A stretch of 10,313 bases of DNA from the NCBI GenBank assembly GCA_052386995.1, contig JBQTJP010000212.1, positions 1-10,313 on the forward strand, read 5' to 3'. This document shows, piece by piece, positions 6,029-10,313 of this stretch. The notes beneath the pieces were generated by a model. That model made no database searches. It saw only the letters and a program-made list of their open reading frames with translations, and had not been told where the DNA came from. This stretch comes from Armatimonadota bacterium. GTDB lineage: Bacteria > Sysuimicrobiota > Sysuimicrobiia > Sysuimicrobiales > Humicultoraceae. Position numbers and translations under genes: made by a program. Positions within the stretch are counted from its first letter, which is position 1; every line of letters starts with the position of its first letter.

Positions 6029-6301
6029 ATGATCAAAGTTCTGGCCGTCGTGGCCCTGTTGGCCATCGCGCAGATCATTCCCAGCTGCGGCGAGGACGGC
6101 GGGAGCGACCCTCCGCGGCCCCAGGTCATCGGGTGGGTTGATGAGAAGGTCACGCGTCTCTCGGAGACCAACCCGTATCTGATCATCATCAATCAAATTC
6201 CGTACGGCGTGCCCTACGAATTCTGGCGGACCGTCGATCAGGGCGACCTGGTGAAGCTCGACGGCGGCAAATGGACGATCGTTCGCAAGGCAGCCCGCTA
6301 G
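6029..6301 (+). CDS. Small hypothetical exported protein, putative lipoprotein (90 aa)
   Basis: GGGGTG RBS. Signal-like N-terminus MIKVLAVVALLAIAQIIPS-C with Cys20, a short linker, then a compact beta-rich domain. GC3-biased codons (ATC, GTC, GAG) are consistent with a real gene. Confidence 0.75.
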   Translation: MIKVLAVVALLAIAQIIPSCGEDGGSDPPRPQVIGWVDEKVTRLSETNPYLIIINQIPYGVPYEFWRTVDQGDLVKLDGGKWTIVRKAAR

Positions 6302-6350
6302 CAGGATCATTCTCGCCCCGCGCGGGACAACGGCGGATGAGAAGAGCGCG

Positions 6351-7322
6351 ATGACCCGCGGGGACCCGGGGCCCGGCACGCTGCAGAACACCGCGCGGCG
6401 TTCGGCGCCGGGTCCTTCGTTGTCTGTGGCGCTCGCTGGGATCGACTTTCCCACCCCGGTGCTGGCCGCGCCCGGGCCGCTCGAATTCGGCCGGCAGGTG
6501 CAGGCGGTCTACGATCTGCGCGCGTTCGGCGGGATCGTGACGAAGTCGGTGACCCTCGAGCCGCGTCTCGGCCATGCCGGCGCCGATGTTGTGGAGACCG
6601 CCGCCGGATGGCTGAACGCAATCGGGCTGCGCAACCCCGGCGTGGCGGGATTCATCATGCACGATCTTCCGTTCCTCCGCACGCTCGGACGGCCCATCAT
6701 CGTCAGCATCGCCGGGCACCGCGTTGAAGATTACGCGGGGGTGGCGGAAGTTCTGAGCGACGAGGCCGGTGTCGCCGGGCTGGAGATCAATGTCTCCTGC
6801 CCCAATGTCGAAGATGGGCTGCTCTTCGGCACCGACCCTGTGCGGACGCGCGCGCTGATCGAGGCCGTGCGCGCGCGGACCGCGCTTCCGTTGTTCGCCA
6901 AACTCAGCCCGAATGTGACCGACATCGGGGCCTTCGCCCGCGCCGCGGCGGACGGGGGCGCCGACGGGCTCGCGCTCATCAACACGCTCCAGGGCCTGGC
7001 CGTCGATCCGCACACGCGCCGCCCGCGCCTCGGCGCCGGTATCGGTGGGCTTTCGGGTCCGGCCATCAAGCCCGTGGCGCTGCGGATGGTATGGGAGGTC
7101 GCACAGCAGGTCTCGCTGCCGATCATCGGCATGGGCGGCATCGCCGGCGTCGACGATGCCCTCGAGTTCCTCCTGTGCGGCGCCGACGCGGTCGCGGTGG
7201 CCTCAGGCGTGCTTCGCAACCCGCAGATAGCGGAAGAGATCACCGAAGGGCTGAAGGCGCATCTCGAGGCAGAGAACCTGACCTCGGTAACGGATCTCGT
7301 CGGTCGCTTGCAGTGGAAGTAA
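6351..7322 (+). CDS. pyrD: Dihydroorotate dehydrogenase, family 1 (1B-type) catalytic subunit
   Basis: Motifs VTKSVT, LNAIGLRNPG, EINVSCPNV (catalytic Cys), KLSPNVTDI, INTL, GGLSGPAIKPVALRMVW, PIIGMGGI. The true start may lie somewhat downstream of 6351. Confidence 0.93.
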   Translation: MTRGDPGPGTLQNTARRSAPGPSLSVALAGIDFPTPVLAAPGPLEFGRQVQAVYDLRAFGGIVTKSVTLEPRLGHAGADVVETAAGWLNAIGLRNPGVAGFIMHDLPFLRTLGRPIIVSIAGHRVEDYAGVAEVLSDEAGVAGLEINVSCPNVEDGLLFGTDPVRTRALIEAVRARTALPLFAKLSPNVTDIGAFARAAADGGADGLALINTLQGLAVDPHTRRPRLGAGIGGLSGPAIKPVALRMVWEVAQQVSLPIIGMGGIAGVDDALEFLLCGADAVAVASGVLRNPQIAEEITEGLKAHLEAENLTSVTDLVGRLQWK

Positions 7323-8035
7323 CCGCATCGCCCGCGTTGATCGTGGCTCTAGACCAGACCTCGCTCTCCGATGCTGAAACGCTCGTCCGCCTCCTGCGGC
7401 CGCTTGTGCCCTGGTTCAAGGTCGGGTCCGTCTTGTTCACGCGGGCCGGCCCTGAGGCCGTCCATATAGTCCACGCCGCGGGAGGGAATGTGTTCCTCGA
7501 TCTGAAGTTCCACGACATTCCCCGGACCGTCGCCGGTGGCGTTGCCGCAGCCGCCGAACTGGGCGCCGCGCTCGTGACCGTGCACTGCGCGGCAGGGCCA
7601 GAGGCGCTGCGGGCTGCTGCTGCCGCCCGCCCCACGGGCTCGACCCTGCGTATTCTCGGCGTCACGCGCCTCACCAGCGACACTGGAAGGGTGGGGGCCG
7701 GTGCGTTGCGCGCTGCCCTGGAGGCCCGCGAGGCCGGCCTCGATGGTGTGACGGCGTCCGTGCGCGACTGCGCGCGGATCAAGGCCGCGTGCGGCCGCGA
7801 ATTTCGCGTGCTTGCCCCTGGCATCCGGCCCGCAGGCACGGCTGCGCACGATCAGGTACGCATCGCGACGCCGCGCCAGGCGGTCCGCGCCGGGGCGGAC
7901 TACCTCGTCGTGGGCCGTCCGATCACGGCGGCCGCGGATCCGGCAGCGGCGGCACGAGCGGTCCTGGCAGAGATGCGCCGGGCCGCGGCCCGCCGGCGTG
8001 AGGCGGCGCTGCTTCCCACGCCCGCCGCGCAATGA
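7313..8035 (+). CDS. pyrF: Orotidine-5'-phosphate decarboxylase
   Basis: Motifs LIVALD, FKVG, VFLDLKFHDIPRTV (DxKxxD), VTVH, LGVTRLTS, PGIRP, DQVRIATP, GADYLVVGRPIT. Start placed at GTG 7313, overlapping the pyrD stop, not at 7091. Confidence 0.93.
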   Translation: MEVTASPALIVALDQTSLSDAETLVRLLRPLVPWFKVGSVLFTRAGPEAVHIVHAAGGNVFLDLKFHDIPRTVAGGVAAAAELGAALVTVHCAAGPEALRAAAAARPTGSTLRILGVTRLTSDTGRVGAGALRAALEAREAGLDGVTASVRDCARIKAACGREFRVLAPGIRPAGTAAHDQVRIATPRQAVRAGADYLVVGRPITAAADPAAAARAVLAEMRRAAARRREAALLPTPAAQ

Positions 8036-8634
8036 CCGGGGACTGGCTGGAGCGTTTCAGGCGCTTCGGCGCGGTAGAGGACGGTCACTTTCTGTTGACC
8101 TCCGGCCTTCACAGCCCCGTCTACGTGCAGTCGGCCCTCATCCTCCAGCACCCTGAAGAAGCCGCTGCCCTAGCCGAGGCGCTGGCCGGGCGATTGCGTG
8201 AGGCGCAGCCAGAGGTCGTCATCGGACCGGCGCTGGGCGGGATCGTGATCGCGCACGAGGTCGCCCGGGCGCTCCGTTGCCGGGCGATATTCGCCGAGCG
8301 TGCCGATGGTGTGATGGTGCTGCGCCGCGGCTTTGCGGTCGCGCCGGGCGAGCGCGCCCTCGTCGTCGAAGACGTGATTACCACCGGAGGATCGGTCGAG
8401 GAGGTTGCCGCGCTCGTCAGGATCGCGGGAGGTCAGGTTGTTGGGTTTGCGGCCCTCGTCGATCGCAGCGGCGGCCGCGCCCGATTGGACGCGCCGCTTG
8501 CCGCGCTCATCACGCTCGACCTACCCGCTTGCCCTCCAGAGGCGTGTCCGCTGTGCAGACAGGGTGAGCCCATGAGCAAGCCGGGCAGCCGTGCACGTCC
8601 CGCAGTGCGGGCCGCTGATTCAGCGTCGCAGTAG
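8032..8634 (+). CDS. pyrE: Orotate phosphoribosyltransferase (Thermus-type subfamily with C-terminal CPLC...KPGSR)
   Basis: GHFLLTSGLHSPVYVQ, GPALGGIVIA, IFAER, PRPP-binding LVVEDVITTGGS, LVDRSGG, CPLCRQGEPMSKPGSR. ATGA overlap with pyrF. Confidence 0.94.
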   Translation: MTGDWLERFRRFGAVEDGHFLLTSGLHSPVYVQSALILQHPEEAAALAEALAGRLREAQPEVVIGPALGGIVIAHEVARALRCRAIFAERADGVMVLRRGFAVAPGERALVVEDVITTGGSVEEVAALVRIAGGQVVGFAALVDRSGGRARLDAPLAALITLDLPACPPEACPLCRQGEPMSKPGSRARPAVRAADSASQ

Positions 8635-8677
8635 GCAGCCTTCGCGCATCTCCGCTGACGCGCTCATGCAGCGTGAA

Positions 8678-8707
8678 TTGACGGACCCTAGCCCAACGGT
8701 CTATAAT
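8678..8707 (+). promoter_or_regulatory. Sigma70 promoter of hpt-guaB3
   Basis: TTGACG (8678-8683), 18-bp spacer, TATAAT (8702-8707). Followed by TAAGGAG RBS (8727-8733) and TTG start at 8741. Confidence 0.85.
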
Positions 8708-8740
8708 TGCCCAAATTCCCCATAGGTAAGGAGTCACCGC

Positions 8741-9286
8741 TTGGGCCTGGCGGATGATGTCGACGAAATCCTCATCCCGGAGGAGGTCCTGCAGGACCGA
8801 ATCCGGGAGCTCGGGAAGCGCATCTCCACCGAATACAACTCCAAAGAACCGCTGCTCGTCGGCATCCTCACGGGTGCCTTCATGTTTACCTCCGATCTGC
8901 TGCGGGCTATTACGATACCGTGTCATGTCGATTTCATGGCCACGGCTTCGTACGGGAGCGGCACCGAGAGCAGCGGTATCGTGCGGATCTTGAAGGATCT
9001 CAACCAGTCCATCGAGGGCCGGCATGTCCTGATCGTCGACGACATCATCGACACCGGGTTGACGATGGACTATCTGCTCGAAACCCTCAAGGCCCGATAT
9101 CCGGCATCGCTGCGGGTCTGCGCGTTGCTGGACAAGCGCTCACGCCGGCGCCGCGACGTCCCCATCGACTTTCGCGGCTTCGAGATTCCCGACAAGTTCG
9201 TCATCGGCTACGGGCTGGACTTTGCGGGCCGGTATCGCAACCTGCCCTTCATTGGGGTGCTGAAGCCGGAGCTCTACGGGACCTGA
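8741..9286 (+). CDS. hpt: Hypoxanthine phosphoribosyltransferase
   Basis: LLVGILTGAFMFTSDL, DFMATASYG, HVLIVDDIIDTGLTM, LLDK, IPDKFVIGYGLDFAGRYRNLPFIG. Strong RBS with TTG start. Confidence 0.95.
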   Translation: MGLADDVDEILIPEEVLQDRIRELGKRISTEYNSKEPLLVGILTGAFMFTSDLLRAITIPCHVDFMATASYGSGTESSGIVRILKDLNQSIEGRHVLIVDDIIDTGLTMDYLLETLKARYPASLRVCALLDKRSRRRRDVPIDFRGFEIPDKFVIGYGLDFAGRYRNLPFIGVLKPELYGT

Positions 9287-9303
9287 CCCTCGGAGGTGAC
9301 CGG

Positions 9304-10313
9304 ATGACATTGCAGACACACGACGCAGTCCTCGGTGGGGTAGAGTTCGCAGACGCGGGCGAGCCTCTTGGCCGCGGCCGGACAGTCCGGCGGACGTACA
9401 GCCTGGACGACATCGCGCTGGTGCCGGCGGCCTCCACGCTCGATCCGGATGACGTCGACTGCTCATGGCAGGTCGGGCCGGTGACGTTCCGGCTGCCCTT
9501 CGTCGCCGCCGCGATGGACAGCGTCGTCGATGTCCGGGCCGCCGCAGCGATCTCGGCTCTCGGCGGTCTTGCCGTGCTCAACCTCGAGGGGCTGAACACG
9601 CGCTACGCCGATCCGGACGAGCCGTTGGCCGCAATCGCATCGGCGGCATCCGACGAGGTCGTCGGCGTCTTGCAGCGCCTGTACCGCGCCCCGATCGATG
9701 ACGGGCTCGTCGGCGCGCGCATACGCGCGATCAAGGCCGCCGGGGCGATCTGCGCGGTGTCGATGACCCCGGCCGCCGCCGGCCGCCTGGCACCGCTGGC
9801 AGAGGCCGCCGGGGCCGACCTGCTGCTGGTGCAGTCTACCGTCATGACCGAGGAGCATCGCTCCTCCCGCGGCCGCGCGATCTCGCTCCGCGATCTGACG
9901 GCACGCCTGCACATCCCTGTGATGGCCGGCAACTGCGTCGGCTACGACGCCGCCCTCGGGTTGTTGGACGCCGGCGCGGCAGCGATCTTCGTCGGCGTGG
10001 GGCCCGGCGCGGCATGCACGAGCCGGCGGGTGCTCGGGATCGGGGTCCCGCAGGCCACGGCCGTCTGTGACGTGACCGCCGCGCGTGACGACTTTTCGCG
10101 GCGCACCGGAGCCTATGTGCCCATCGTCGCCGACGGGGGCATCGCGACAGGGGGTGACGTGGCGAAGGCCATCGCGTGCGGCGCCGATGCGGTCATGCTG
10201 GGCTCTGCGCTGGCACGGGCCGAAGAGGCCCCGGGCCGCGGCTTGCACTGGGGCATGGCGACTCCGCACGCCGCGCTGCCTCGTGGCACGCGCATCCGGG
10301 TCGGCACGACGGG
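9304..10313 (+). CDS. guaB3: GuaB3-family IMP dehydrogenase-related protein (partial, runs off the window)
   Basis: Not in the ORF track because no stop falls within the window. GGAGGTG RBS at 9292-9298, ATG 9304. Hand translation: MTLQTHD...GRGRTVRRTYSLDDIALVP...PFVAAAMDSVVD...LGGLAVLNLEGLNTRY...VQSTV...PVMAGNCVGY...VGVGPGAACTSRRVLGIGVPQATAV...PIVADGGIATGGDVAKAIACGADAVMLGS...APGRGLHWGMATPHAALPRGTRI. These are GuaB3 signatures and there are no CBS domains. Confidence 0.92.
   Translation, partial: MTLQTHDAVLGGVEFADAGEPLGRGRTVRRTYSLDDIALVPAASTLDPDDVDCSWQVGPVTFRLPFVAAAMDSVVDVRAAAAISALGGLAVLNLEGLNTRYADPDEPLAAIASAASDEVVGVLQRLYRAPIDDGLVGARIRAIKAAGAICAVSMTPAAAGRLAPLAEAAGADLLLVQSTVMTEEHRSSRGRAISLRDLTARLHIPVMAGNCVGYDAALGLLDAGAAAIFVGVGPGAACTSRRVLGIGVPQATAVCDVTAARDDFSRRTGAYVPIVADGGIATGGDVAKAIACGADAVMLGSALARAEEAPGRGLHWGMATPHAALPRGTRIRVGTT

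Noticed and set aside
6302..6350. PyrR-binding attenuator upstream of pyrD
   Set aside because: No AGUCCAGAGAGGC-like PyrR loop and no terminator with a U-tract in this short gap.
754..10269. Long antisense or alternate-frame ORFs (754-1512, 2036-2770, 4322-4867, 4752-5762, 6189-7013, 7349-8032, 8510-9025, 9463-10269 and others)
   Set aside because: They lie opposite or within well-supported genes, are Arg/Pro/Ala-rich with no motifs, and are expected shadows of high-GC codon bias.

Overview
GC-rich bacterial chromosomal window, apparently from a diderm organism. An SLH-anchored OmpM/SomA-type porin, TonB, a cyanobacterial/Negativicutes-type YqgF-like nuclease and GuaB3 together suggest a diderm Terrabacteria lineage such as Armatimonadota/CSP1-3; this is inference. 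Gene order: 3' end of a DUF6580-like membrane protein, TonB, YqgF/RuvX-like RNase H-fold nuclease, secreted 8-repeat FG-GAP/PQQ-like beta-propeller, a convergent ICMT/PEMT-family membrane methyltransferase (- strand), a ~570-bp non-coding region, the SLH porin with a strong terminator, a small putative lipoprotein, pyrD-pyrF-pyrE, a sigma70 promoter, hpt, and guaB3 (partial). Most coding content is ordinary envelope and nucleotide metabolism. The most unusual element is the 3602-4175 intergenic region. It holds several long stems whose G-U pairs favour a + strand RNA, a perfect 7-bp pseudoknot-type pairing, mutually exclusive helices and a stem that sequesters the porin RBS. It is a candidate unannotated structured RNA or leader that I cannot assign to a known family by eye. 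No CRISPR array, tRNA, rRNA or transposase was seen.
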